Source: Vulcanimicrobiales bacterium (GTDB lineage: Bacteria > Vulcanimicrobiota > Vulcanimicrobiia > Vulcanimicrobiales > Vulcanimicrobiaceae). From it: 64,000 nt of DNA. Under the pieces are notes generated by a model, which was not told the DNA's origin, ran no database searches, and was given only the letters and a program-made list of their open reading frames with translations. Positions 20,382-29,971 of this stretch are shown here, in pieces. The stretch covers positions 32,001 through 96,000 of the forward strand of contig JBBRLI010000009.1 in assembly GCA_038231455.1 (NCBI GenBank), written 5' to 3'. Position 1 is the first letter of the stretch. The number at the start of each line of letters is the position of its first letter. Position numbers and translations under genes: made by a program.

Positions 20382-20855
20382 TTGAGCGATGGGAGCGCGC
20401 ACCGCAAGGCGCGCGCGTCGGCGCTGCGGATGCTTGCGATCCGGCGGCTTACAGAGTCACAACTCTGGATCAAGCTCGAACGCAAAGGGTTTGATGACGC
20501 CGCGATCGCGGAGGCGGTCGCGGCGTGCAAACGCTTTGGCTACCTCGATGACAAACTCTACGCATCGCTCTACGTGGAAGGCGCGCGCAAGGCCGTCGGC
20601 GACGCGCGCTTGATCGGCGATCTCGTCAAACGCGGAATCGATCGCGAGTCGGCCGCGCACGCCGTTGCGATTGCAACCCACGACCAAGATGCGCGTATCG
20701 CGGCGGCGTATGAAAAGCTCGTGCACACCAAGGCTTCACTGAGTTACCCGTCTGCTGCGCGCGCACTCGAGCGGTTGGGATTCCCGACCTCGCTGATCTA
20801 TCGAACCTTGCGCGTGCACGCGCAAGCGGGGCTGGGAGAACCGGCGTACGACTAA
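20382..20855 (+). CDS. recX: Regulatory protein RecX
   Basis: Directly after recA; ALRMLAIR, KLERKGF, GYLDDKLYA, LVKRGID, LERLGF repeats. Confidence 0.85.
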   Translation: MSDGSAHRKARASALRMLAIRRLTESQLWIKLERKGFDDAAIAEAVAACKRFGYLDDKLYASLYVEGARKAVGDARLIGDLVKRGIDRESAAHAVAIATHDQDARIAAAYEKLVHTKASLSYPSAARALERLGFPTSLIYRTLRVHAQAGLGEPAYD

Positions 20856-21177
20856 GGCGCATTTCGCGCATGCAAGTGAGGAAGAGTTTGCGCGGCTCCT
20901 CGACTACTATCGCGTTCGTTTCGCCTACGAACCGCGCCGCTTTGCCATCGGCTGGGATGAGTCGGGCGATCCCATCGAGTTCTTCACGCCCGATTTCTAC
21001 CTCACCGACTACGATCTTTATGTCGAATTAACCACGATGAAAACCGCACTTGCGACCAGGAAAAACCGGAAGCTGCGACGCTTGCAAGAACGCTATCCCT
21101 TCGTGAATATCAAACTTTTCGGCCGGCGCGATGTCGCGCGGCTCTTTGCGCGCTTTGGTACGGATCCGCGCGCATGA
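20848..21177 (+). CDS. Uncalled PD-(D/E)XK-nuclease-like protein, ~109 aa, apparent ACG start
   Basis: Hand translation (M)TKAHFAHASEEEFARLLDYYRVRFAYEPRRF...FTPDFYLTDYDLYVELTTMK...RKNRKLRRLQERYPFVNIKLF...; fills the recX-hpt gap exactly; ATGA overlap with hpt. Confidence 0.75.
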   Translation, partial: TTKAHFAHASEEEFARLLDYYRVRFAYEPRRFAIGWDESGDPIEFFTPDFYLTDYDLYVELTTMKTALATRKNRKLRRLQERYPFVNIKLFGRRDVARLFARFGTDPRA

Positions 21178-21710
21178 GCCTCGAGACAAGCGTGTATATC
21201 GATGCCCAGACCCTGCAAGCGCGCGTCGCCGAACTCGGGGCCGAGATCGATGCCGCCTACGTTGGTCGCAACCCGCTCTTGATTGGCATCCTCACCTCGT
21301 CGGTGATCTTTCTTGCCGATCTCGCACGCGCGATCCGGATTCCCGCGGAATTCGATTTCCTGGGCATTTCCTCGTATGCGCTCGACCGCCAGCAAGGAAC
21401 GCAGGCCATTCGCATTACGAGTGACCTCTCGCGGCCGATCGAAGGCCGCGACTGCATCATCGTTGAGGATGTGGTCGATACGGGGATGACACTTGCGTTC
21501 GTGCGCGCAACGCTGGAGGCGCGGCGCCCCGCCTCGATCGCCGTTGCAACGCTGCTAGACCGGCCGCAGCGACGACTCGCGCAAACGCCGATTGCGTTTC
21601 GCGGTTTTGCGATTCCCGATGAGTTCGTGGTCGGGTACGGCTTAGATCACCGCGGCCGCTATCGCGAGTCGCCCAGTCTTTTGGTGTGCAAAGAATGGCC
21701 TCGCGACTAG
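21174..21710 (+). CDS. hpt: Hypoxanthine phosphoribosyltransferase
   Basis: IIVEDVVDTGMTL PRPP motif, FVVGYGLD. Confidence 0.93.
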   Translation: MSLETSVYIDAQTLQARVAELGAEIDAAYVGRNPLLIGILTSSVIFLADLARAIRIPAEFDFLGISSYALDRQQGTQAIRITSDLSRPIEGRDCIIVEDVVDTGMTLAFVRATLEARRPASIAVATLLDRPQRRLAQTPIAFRGFAIPDEFVVGYGLDHRGRYRESPSLLVCKEWPRD

Positions 21711-21745
21711 GACAACCCTTGTCCTGCGATAAACCAGACCTCCCG

Positions 21746-23062
21746 ATGCGCTTTTTCATCGCGCGGGTTATTGCTTTGTCGCTAGCCGTTGCAATGCTCG
21801 TTCTTCCGAATGCCGCCTCGGCGGTCGAACTCGAAACGATCGCGAAGGCCGCCGCCGCGTATCAAAATACGAATCCGAATTTGCAGGCGATGTACCGCGC
21901 GGCGCTGCTCAATACGAGCCGCCAAGCGACGATCGCCCCCGACGGCACCGCTTACGTCAAGACGGGCGATATTCCGGCCGAGTGGCTGCGCGATGCAAGC
22001 GCGCAAGTGCGGCCGTATCTATTTTTCGCAAAGAGTGACATTGCCGTTGCGAGTTTGCTGCGCGGAATCATCGCGCGCGAAGGCAAGTACTTGCAGGTCG
22101 ATCCGTACGCAAACGCCTTTACGATCGACTATCGCGTGTGGGAGCAAAAATTCGAACTTGACTCGCTCGCCTATCCGATCGTGCTTGCCTGGACCTACTG
22201 GAAGCAGACCGGCGATGCGTCGATCTTCACCGGCGATTTCTCGCTTGGCCTCGATCGTGCGCTCGAGACGATGGAACGCGAGCAAGACCACGCCAAGAAT
22301 TCGAAATACACGCACAAAGAATTGCCGAACGGGCAGCGTGGAAATCCGGTCAAATACACCGGCATGATTTGGAGCGGCTTCCGACCCTCCGATGATGCGT
22401 GCAAATATAATTTTCTGATTCCCTCCGAGATGATGGCCGTGGTCGCCCTGGGCGATCTCGAAGAGATCGAACGCGACGTGTACCACAATCTGGTGAAATC
22501 GCATCGCGCGAGCGGCCTGCGTGATGAAGTACAGACCGGTATTCAAACCTTCGGTGAGGTGTTCACGCCGAATTACGGTTACGTGTACGCCTACGAAGTC
22601 GACGGACTCGGCAACGCCGTGATCGCCGATGACGCGAACATCCCCTCGCTGCTCTCGGCACCGTACATCGGGTATACGAAGGCCACCAGTCTCGTCTACA
22701 AAAACACGCGCAAATTCTTGCTGTCCAAAGACAACCCGACGTACTACGTCGGGAAGTTCGCGCGCGGTATCGGCAGCCAACATACGAGTGACGGCTGGGT
22801 GTGGCCGCTCGCCCTCATCATGCAAGGTATGACCTCGACCAGCGACGCCGAACGCAAAGACGTGCTCGCACAGTTGCTCGCATCGGACCCCGGCGATCAC
22901 CTCTTACACGAAGCATTCAACCCCGACGATCCGCAGAAGTTCACGCGTCTGGATTTCGGCTGGCCAAATGCACTCTTTAGCGAGTACGTCATGACCACGT
23001 TCGGCGGCGTCCTGCCGCTCCCGACCGGCACGACCTCCGATCTCGAATTCCGAGGGGACTAA
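21746..23062 (+). CDS. Glycoside hydrolase family 125 (exo-alpha-1,6-mannosidase-like), with signal peptide
   Basis: TGDIPAEWLRDAS, WEQKFELDSL, SGFRPSDD, DDANIPSLL; N-terminus ending AASA. Confidence 0.88.
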   Translation: MRFFIARVIALSLAVAMLVLPNAASAVELETIAKAAAAYQNTNPNLQAMYRAALLNTSRQATIAPDGTAYVKTGDIPAEWLRDASAQVRPYLFFAKSDIAVASLLRGIIAREGKYLQVDPYANAFTIDYRVWEQKFELDSLAYPIVLAWTYWKQTGDASIFTGDFSLGLDRALETMEREQDHAKNSKYTHKELPNGQRGNPVKYTGMIWSGFRPSDDACKYNFLIPSEMMAVVALGDLEEIERDVYHNLVKSHRASGLRDEVQTGIQTFGEVFTPNYGYVYAYEVDGLGNAVIADDANIPSLLSAPYIGYTKATSLVYKNTRKFLLSKDNPTYYVGKFARGIGSQHTSDGWVWPLALIMQGMTSTSDAERKDVLAQLLASDPGDHLLHEAFNPDDPQKFTRLDFGWPNALFSEYVMTTFGGVLPLPTGTTSDLEFRGD

Positions 23063-23064
23063 CC

Positions 23065-24324
23065 GTGGCACCAACCGTCGACATCATCGTCGGCATTCAA
23101 TGGGGCGATGAGGGCAAAGGCCGGGTCGTCGATCTCTACGCCAAAGACTACGACATTATCGCGCGCTTCGGTGGCGGCGACAACGCCGGGCACTCGATCG
23201 AGGTCGGCGAGCAGAAGCTCGCGCTCCGCATCGTCCCCTCAGGCGTGCTGCAGCAGCAGACAAAACTCTTCATCGGAAGCGGTGCGGTTATCAGCCTCAC
23301 CGGCATCACGGAAGAGCTGAATAAGCTCCGGGCCTTGGGCATCGACACCTCGCGCATTACGATCTCCGATCGCGCGCACATCGTCTTTCCTTATCACGCG
23401 GCACTCGATCGACTCTCGGAGGCGCAGCGCGGCGATGCGAAGATCGGCACGACGGGACGCGGCATCGGCCCCGCCTACGTCGACAAGGCCGGTCGACTCG
23501 GCATCACGTTCGGCGATCTTGCGCGGCCCGAAGCGCTCGCGAACAAACTCCGCACCGCGGTGATGGCGCGCGCACCGCTCTTTTCGGGCGCAGAAACCCT
23601 ACCACGCGAAGAAGATCTGATTGGCGAAGCGCTGGCGTTCGCCAAGACAATAGGGCCGCACGTGGTCGATGGCGTTTCCTACATTCAAGACGCGCTCGCG
23701 CGCGGCGAATCGATCCTTGCCGAAGGCGCCCAAGGCACGCTGCTCGATGTCGGCTTCGGCACGTACCCGTATGTGACAAGCTCGCACACGATCGCGGGCG
23801 GCGCGTGTATCGGGCTTGGAATCGGGCCGACCGCGGTGCGTAGAACGATCGGTATCGCCAAGGCGTACTGCACGCGCGTCGGTGGCGGGCCGTTCCCAAG
23901 CGAACTGCACGGCGAGGCGGGCGAACGGCTACGGGCTGCCGGTCAAGAGTTCGGCGTCGTCACCGGTCGGCCGCGCCGCTGCGGCTGGTTCGATGCGGTT
24001 GCCGGGCGTTACGCCGCCCAAATCAATGGTCTCACCGAGGTCGTGATCACCAAGCTCGATGTGCTCTCGGGATTCGATGAACTCAAGGTGGTGCGCGGTT
24101 ACAAACGGGCTGGCACTCCGATCGGCTTTGGCGGGGTCGACGATCAGCCGTTGGAGCTCGAAATGGAAACGCTTCCCGGCTGGCAGGAAGATATTCGGGG
24201 CGTACGTCACATTCGCGACCTTCCTGCAAATGCGCAAGCATATGTCCGGTTGCTTGGCGAAGCAATCGGCGTACCCGTTTCGGCCGTTTCCGTTGGGCCG
24301 GAACGGTCGGCGTTCGCAACGTGA
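23065..24324 (+). CDS. purA: Adenylosuccinate synthetase
   Basis: QWGDEGKG, GGDNAGH, IGTTGRGIGPAY, EFGVVTGRPRRCGW. Confidence 0.97.
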   Translation: MAPTVDIIVGIQWGDEGKGRVVDLYAKDYDIIARFGGGDNAGHSIEVGEQKLALRIVPSGVLQQQTKLFIGSGAVISLTGITEELNKLRALGIDTSRITISDRAHIVFPYHAALDRLSEAQRGDAKIGTTGRGIGPAYVDKAGRLGITFGDLARPEALANKLRTAVMARAPLFSGAETLPREEDLIGEALAFAKTIGPHVVDGVSYIQDALARGESILAEGAQGTLLDVGFGTYPYVTSSHTIAGGACIGLGIGPTAVRRTIGIAKAYCTRVGGGPFPSELHGEAGERLRAAGQEFGVVTGRPRRCGWFDAVAGRYAAQINGLTEVVITKLDVLSGFDELKVVRGYKRAGTPIGFGGVDDQPLELEMETLPGWQEDIRGVRHIRDLPANAQAYVRLLGEAIGVPVSAVSVGPERSAFAT

Positions 24325-24359
24325 GCCCGCTCTCAGACCTTGAGACGCGACCTCCACCT

Positions 24360-24387
24360 TAAGGAAGTCGTAACGGTTAGCCGATAA
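24360..24387 (+). promoter_or_regulatory. Putative sigma-28 promoter of the fliF operon
   Basis: TAAG-N16-GCCGATAA. Confidence 0.75.
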
Positions 24388-24491
24388 CATCAAAGACCAC
24401 TGGACAAGGAAGTCTGGTCGCACTCGAAGGCCACGGTCGGCCAACCCCACGCACGAATCGTCCTAGTTAGACATCGTCGCAAAGGTGGCAA

Positions 24492-26168
24492 TTGGATCGC
24501 TTTACCACTACCCTCAGCGGCTTGACAGAACAAATGCAGGCCCTCTGGGCAGCGCAGAACCGTACGAACCGAATCTTAGCAATCGGCCTTCTTGCCGTGC
24601 TTGTCGGGGTCGGCGGCTTCGTCGCGTTCAACGCGTTCCGGCCGCCGGATTATCAAGTGCTCTTTGCCAATCTTGCCGCGGACGACGCCTCGGGCGTGAT
24701 CGCGAAACTGAAAGACGCGAACATCCCGTATCGCACGACCAGCGGTGAATCGGGCTCCACGATTTCGATTCCCGCTGAGAAAGTCGCCGAGGAGCGCGTC
24801 GCGCTTGCGGGAGCCGGCGTGGTCAAAGGTGGCGGCACCGGCTATGAGCTGTTCGATCGTACGAACCTCGGCATGACGGACTTTCAAGAGAAGATTGCCA
24901 AGACGCGTGCGAACGAAGGCGAATTGCAGCGCACCATCGGTGGGCTAACCCAAGTTGAGTCGGCGCGCGTGCACATCGCATCACCGGAGAACTCGCTCTA
25001 CTCAACAACGCAGCAGCCGACGACCGCCTCCGTCTCAATTAAGATGAAGCCCGGCATGTCGCTGACCCCCGAAGAAGTTCGCGGGATCACGCAGCTCGTT
25101 TCCGGCGCCGTCGAGGGTCTGAAACCCGAAAACGTCACGATCGTCAACGCCGACGGCAATATTCTCACGCCGTCCGCTGCACCCGGCAGCGATGCACTTG
25201 CCTCCCAGGCAAGCGCCCTGAAAATGACGCAGGATCAGCTCGTCGCAAAACAGCGCTACGAGTCGAATCTGCAACAGAACATCCAAGGCTTACTCGATGC
25301 ATCGATCGGTTCGAAACGCTCCGCGGTTCGCGTGAGCACCGACATGAACTTCGATGCGAACCAGACCGAAACGAAGAGCTACTCGCCGCAAGGCACGGTC
25401 CGCTCGCAACAAAACGAACGCGAATCGTACAACGGCACGACGCCCCCGCGTGTTGCCGCGCAAGGCGTACCGGCGACCACCACCAATTCGGTTCCGACCT
25501 ATCAAGGCGTTACCGGCAATCAGCAAGTCGGCCGCTACAACAAATCGAAGAATACCGTCAACTACGAGATCACCGAAGAGAATCGCAAGCACATCGATGC
25601 GCCGGGTAAAGTGACCCGGACGAGCGTCGCGGTGCTCGTTGATGTGCCCACCGCAACGGCAACGCAAAACGGTCAGGCAACGTACACCGTCGCAGCAGCC
25701 GATGTCGCGAAGATCCGCAACGTCGTTGCTGCTGCCGCCGGCATCGATGCGACGCGCGGCGATCTCGTTTCCGTCGAAGCGATTCCCTTCGCTCCGCCGC
25801 CGAACGCCCTGGGCGGTCGCGGTACGACGACGACGATCTTCGGGATCCCGGTCCCTGGTCTGATTGCCGCAGCGCTCGTGCTGCTACTGGTCGGCGCCGG
25901 AGCCGGATTCCTTGCCTACCGTCGTCGCAGTGGTGGAACGTCGGCCTTCGAACCTTCGGCCGAGATGCCGTCGTTCGACTCGATGCTCACCGACGAACTG
26001 CCCTCCTTCGAAGAACACCCGATGCTCGACGGCGCGCCGTCGATCGCGGCACCCATTCGCTCTGCTGCCGACCTGACACGCGAGCAGATGATCGAATACG
26101 TCACCACCGTCGCTCAAGAAAATCCGGACAGCATCGCAAAATTGGTTAAACTCTGGTTAGCGGAGTAA
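24492..26168 (+). CDS. fliF: Flagellar MS-ring protein FliF
   Basis: Two TM segments; GYELFD, EGELQRTI, SARVHI, ASV, VEGLKPENVTIV; TTG start with AAAGGTGG SD. Confidence 0.95.
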   Translation: MDRFTTTLSGLTEQMQALWAAQNRTNRILAIGLLAVLVGVGGFVAFNAFRPPDYQVLFANLAADDASGVIAKLKDANIPYRTTSGESGSTISIPAEKVAEERVALAGAGVVKGGGTGYELFDRTNLGMTDFQEKIAKTRANEGELQRTIGGLTQVESARVHIASPENSLYSTTQQPTTASVSIKMKPGMSLTPEEVRGITQLVSGAVEGLKPENVTIVNADGNILTPSAAPGSDALASQASALKMTQDQLVAKQRYESNLQQNIQGLLDASIGSKRSAVRVSTDMNFDANQTETKSYSPQGTVRSQQNERESYNGTTPPRVAAQGVPATTTNSVPTYQGVTGNQQVGRYNKSKNTVNYEITEENRKHIDAPGKVTRTSVAVLVDVPTATATQNGQATYTVAAADVAKIRNVVAAAAGIDATRGDLVSVEAIPFAPPPNALGGRGTTTTIFGIPVPGLIAAALVLLLVGAGAGFLAYRRRSGGTSAFEPSAEMPSFDSMLTDELPSFEEHPMLDGAPSIAAPIRSAADLTREQMIEYVTTVAQENPDSIAKLVKLWLAE

Positions 26169-26225
26169 GAGAGCGATGCAGCAGCAAGTAACAACGCACG
26201 ACGCGCTTTTCCTCGGGGTCACGCT

Positions 26226-27308
26226 TTGATTTCTGACGGTCCGATCGTTCAACTCGGCCAGGCCCAATCGAACTCGTACCGAGACGACGTGTTTTCCTCG
26301 CCCGCGCTCATCGAGATGGCAGGCCCGGAGAAGGCGGCGATTTTGATGATCACGCTGGGACTGGAAATCTCATCGACGATCTTCAAGTTCTTGCGGCAAG
26401 ACGAAGTCGAGCGTATCGTCCTCGAGATCGCGAAGATCTCGACGGTTCCGATCGAAAAGCGCGACGCGGTTATCACCGAGGCGTACCAACGCGCGATTGC
26501 TCTCAAGTACATTAACGAGGGCGGCATCGAGTATGCCAAGGAAATCTTAGAGCGTTCGTTTGGCGCCGGCCAAGCCGACGACATGACGAATCGGCTTTTC
26601 GCGGCGCTCAAACACGGCAATCCGCTCGAACTCGTCAAGAAGACCGAACCCGCGCAGTTGCTCGAGTTCATTCAAGACGAACACCCGCAGACGATCGCGC
26701 TCATCCTCGTGTACATGACCGCCGATCAAGCGGGCGCCGTCCTCTCCGCGCTCGAGCCCGAGTTGCAGTCCGAAGTCGCGATGCGCATTGCAATCTTGCA
26801 AAAGACCGCACCGGAGATTCTCGAACAGCTGGACGAACTGCTCGGACGTCGTCTCCTCGTCACCGGGTCGGATTTTACCAAGGCCGGCGGCGTCCAGTCG
26901 CTCGCGCAGGTCATGGGATTCGTCGACCGCGAGACCGAGCGCAACATCCTCGACGGACTCGCCAAACGCGATCCGGTCATCGCAAACGAAGTCAAGAACC
27001 TGCTCTTCGTGTTCGAAGATATCATCAATCTCGACGACCGCGCGATCCAGCGCGTGCTCAAAGAGATCGAGGGCAAAGATCTCGCGCTCGCGCTCAAAAC
27101 GGCGAACGACGATCTGCTCGCCCGCGTCTTCAAAAATATGTCGCAGCGCGCCGCCGGAACACTTAAAGAAGAAATCGAGATTCTCGGACCGACTCGCATG
27201 CGGGATGTCGGCAAATCGCAGCAAGCGATCGTCGATGTTATCCGTACGCTCGAAGAGAACGGCCAAATCGTCATCGCGCGCGGCGGCAAAGACGAGCGTT
27301 TAGTTTAA
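26226..27308 (+). CDS. fliG: Flagellar motor switch protein FliG
   Basis: EKAAILMITLG, EHPQTIALIL, LFVFEDI, NMSQRAA; start uncertain (TTG 26226 or ATG 26316). Confidence 0.95.
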   Translation: MISDGPIVQLGQAQSNSYRDDVFSSPALIEMAGPEKAAILMITLGLEISSTIFKFLRQDEVERIVLEIAKISTVPIEKRDAVITEAYQRAIALKYINEGGIEYAKEILERSFGAGQADDMTNRLFAALKHGNPLELVKKTEPAQLLEFIQDEHPQTIALILVYMTADQAGAVLSALEPELQSEVAMRIAILQKTAPEILEQLDELLGRRLLVTGSDFTKAGGVQSLAQVMGFVDRETERNILDGLAKRDPVIANEVKNLLFVFEDIINLDDRAIQRVLKEIEGKDLALALKTANDDLLARVFKNMSQRAAGTLKEEIEILGPTRMRDVGKSQQAIVDVIRTLEENGQIVIARGGKDERLV

Positions 27309-27309
27309 C

Positions 27310-28170
27310 ATGGGTCGAGTCGTCAAGGGCTCGCATACCTCGAGCGAGCGCTACACCGTTGGTATTCCGGAAATCGTATCGTCGAGCAACGGACATGTCG
27401 ACGACTTCGGGTCGATTGAAATCGACGATGTCGGCGATACGCTCGAATCATTTAACGCCGCTCCTCCCCCGGCCCAGCCGACGATCGACACGGAGGCCGT
27501 CCGCTCTGCAGCTGATGCGCTCATCGACGATGCGACGAAGCGCGCGGAGGGGTTGCTCGGCGATGCTCGCGATCGCGCACGGAAACTCGTTGAAGATTCC
27601 GCGACACGCGCAGCCGCGCTGATCGAACAGGCGCGGGCCGACGGCCGCAAAGACGGCTATCAAGTCGGCGCCGATGCGGCGAATCACGAGATGAGCGAGA
27701 TGCTCGAGACGATGCGCGGTCTCGTCGAGATGGCGGGCGTCGAACGTTACAAGATCATCAGCGCCGCCGAGCCCGAGATCGTGCGCCTGGCGATGGGAAT
27801 TGCGGAGCGCGTGCTGCACCAGCAGATTGCTCTGGACCGCGGCGTCGTCGTCGAGATGGCGAAGGCGGCGATCGCGCGTTTGGTCGATCGCGAATCGATC
27901 ACCGTGCGCGTGAATCCCGCCGACCTCGAAGGCATGCGCGGACATCGCGATGACGTCTTGGCGCTGGGCGACGTGAAGAGCATGCGCATCATCGAAGATC
28001 AGCGCGTCGACCGCGGCGGCGTCGTCGTCGAAACCGAAGCGGGCACGATCGATGCGAAGATTCAAACGCAGATTATTGAAGCAAAGCGCGTCCTGCACAT
28101 CGAGGACGACGTCGTGCTCACACCGGTCGATGAACCCGGACTCTACGGCAGCGCCGCGCGCGCGAGCTGA
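27310..28170 (+). CDS. fliH: Flagellar assembly protein FliH
   Basis: GxxxG-type repeats (ADGRKDGYQVG); ITVRVNPAD, RGGVVVETEAGTIDA; position between fliG and fliI. Confidence 0.9.
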   Translation: MGRVVKGSHTSSERYTVGIPEIVSSSNGHVDDFGSIEIDDVGDTLESFNAAPPPAQPTIDTEAVRSAADALIDDATKRAEGLLGDARDRARKLVEDSATRAAALIEQARADGRKDGYQVGADAANHEMSEMLETMRGLVEMAGVERYKIISAAEPEIVRLAMGIAERVLHQQIALDRGVVVEMAKAAIARLVDRESITVRVNPADLEGMRGHRDDVLALGDVKSMRIIEDQRVDRGGVVVETEAGTIDAKIQTQIIEAKRVLHIEDDVVLTPVDEPGLYGSAARAS

Positions 28171-28172
28171 TC

Positions 28173-29510
28173 GTGGCCGAACTGCTCGAAATCACCCCGC
28201 AAAAACCGTTTTCGGCAGAGTCCTATCTCGCCGAACTCAAGACGGTCGACCTTATCCGGCAAAACGGAAAGGTACGCCAAGTCATCGGCGTTGTGATCGA
28301 GTCGCTCGGTCCGAATATGTCGATCGGCGAGACGTGTTCGATCCTCTATCGCCGCAACACCGATCCGGTGCTGGCCGAAGTGGTCGGCTTCCGCGATAAC
28401 AAAGTGCTGATGATGCCGCTTGGAGATCTCGGCGGCATCGGCGCGGGCAGTGAAGTCGTCGCGCTCGGCAAGCCGCTCGAGATCGGTCTTTCCAACGGTC
28501 TGCTCGGACGCGTGCTCGACGGCATCGGCCGTCCGATTGACGGCCTCGGTCCGATCTTACAAGCCGAACGCGCCGAAGTCTCCGGCTCGCCGCCAAGCCC
28601 CCTCACCCGCCGCCGGATCACCGAACCGCTCAGCATGGGCGTGCGCGCGATCGATGGCTTGCTCTCGTGCGGCAAAGGTCAGCGCGTCGGCATTTTCTCC
28701 GGATCCGGTGTCGGCAAATCGACCGTGCTCGGCATGATCGCACGCAATACATCGGCCGATGTGAACGTGATTGCGCTCGTCGGCGAACGCGGCAAAGAAG
28801 TGCGCGACTTTATCGAACGCGATCTTGGTCCCGAGGGTCTGCGTCGTTCGGTCGTCGTCGTTGCGACAAGCGATCAGCCCGCACTCGTGCGCATCAAGGC
28901 CGCGTTTGTTGCGACGCGTATTGCCGAGTTTTTCCGAGAACAAGGCCTCGATGTCATGTTCATGATGGACAGCGTCACGCGCTTTGCGATGGCACAGCGC
29001 GAAGTTGGCCTTGCGATCGGCGAACCGACGACGACGCGCGGGTACACGCCTTCGGTCTTTGCGCTCCTGCCGAAACTCCTCGAACGCGCCGGCACCTCGG
29101 CAAATGGGACGATTACGGCACTCTATACCGTCCTCGTCGACGGCGACGATCTCAACGAGCCGGTTGCCGATGCCGTGCGATCGATTCTCGACGGCCATAT
29201 CGTGCTCTCGCGAGCGCTCGCCGCGGCGAACCAGTATCCCGCAATCGACGTGCTCGCGAGCGTCAGCCGCGTGATGCCGGACGTCGTGACCGACGCCCAT
29301 CTCAAATCCGCCTCGAACGTGCGCGATCTGATGGCGACCTATAAAGAAGCAGAAGACTTGGTCAACATCGGCGCATATGTCGCGGGCTCGAATCCCAAAG
29401 TCGATCTTGCAATCGGCCGCATCGATGCGATCCGGAGCTATTTGCGTCAAGGTATCTTCGAGCAATCGAGCTTCGATGATGCCGTCGCCGCACTTGCGAA
29501 GATCGGTTAA
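28173..29510 (+). CDS. fliI: Flagellar export ATPase FliI
   Basis: GSGVGKS, GERGKEV, DSVTRFAMAQRE, LDGHIVLSR. Confidence 0.96.
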   Translation: MAELLEITPQKPFSAESYLAELKTVDLIRQNGKVRQVIGVVIESLGPNMSIGETCSILYRRNTDPVLAEVVGFRDNKVLMMPLGDLGGIGAGSEVVALGKPLEIGLSNGLLGRVLDGIGRPIDGLGPILQAERAEVSGSPPSPLTRRRITEPLSMGVRAIDGLLSCGKGQRVGIFSGSGVGKSTVLGMIARNTSADVNVIALVGERGKEVRDFIERDLGPEGLRRSVVVVATSDQPALVRIKAAFVATRIAEFFREQGLDVMFMMDSVTRFAMAQREVGLAIGEPTTTRGYTPSVFALLPKLLERAGTSANGTITALYTVLVDGDDLNEPVADAVRSILDGHIVLSRALAAANQYPAIDVLASVSRVMPDVVTDAHLKSASNVRDLMATYKEAEDLVNIGAYVAGSNPKVDLAIGRIDAIRSYLRQGIFEQSSFDDAVAALAKIG

Positions 29511-29971
29511 TGAAACGCTTCCGCTTCGGTCTCGAACCGGTCCTCGACATGCGCACGCGCAACGCACAAGAACGCCAGCGCGTCTATGCCGAAGCACAGC
29601 GCGCCCACGCCCTGGCCGAAGCGCGTCTGCGAGCGCTCCAAGACGAATACGAAACGCTGCGCATGGATCTGGTCGAACATCACGGCACGCTCGACGTGGA
29701 AACGATGCGCACCACGTACGCGCATTTGGAATTTCTCGTTCGCGCGCAGCACGATCAGCGCGAGCGGATCGCCGCGTGCGCCGACGAGTGCCTCGCCGCC
29801 CAAAAATTACTGCTGCACGCATCGAAAGAAAAGAAAGTCATCGAAACGTTGAAAACCCGTCGGCGCGCCACGTACGACGCGGAACTTGCGCTCGTCGAAC
29901 AGCGTGAACTCGATGACGCCAACGCCCGCGCCTTCGGGCGCGTGAACCTGCAGCGAGGAGAATCCGCATGA
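29510..29971 (+). CDS. fliJ: Flagellar export protein FliJ
   Basis: MKRFRFGLEPVLDMR start, coiled coil, EQRELDD end; follows fliI. Confidence 0.9.
   Translation: MKRFRFGLEPVLDMRTRNAQERQRVYAEAQRAHALAEARLRALQDEYETLRMDLVEHHGTLDVETMRTTYAHLEFLVRAQHDQRERIAACADECLAAQKLLLHASKEKKVIETLKTRRRATYDAELALVEQRELDDANARAFGRVNLQRGESA

Noticed and set aside
24420-24491. c-di-GMP-I riboswitch in the fliF leader (GCAAAG present)
   Set aside because: No GNRA tetraloop/receptor two-stem architecture recognisable.
26215-26236. prfB-like CTT TGA +1 frameshift site before fliG
   Set aside because: The +1 frame stops two codons later; fliG lies in the -1 frame.
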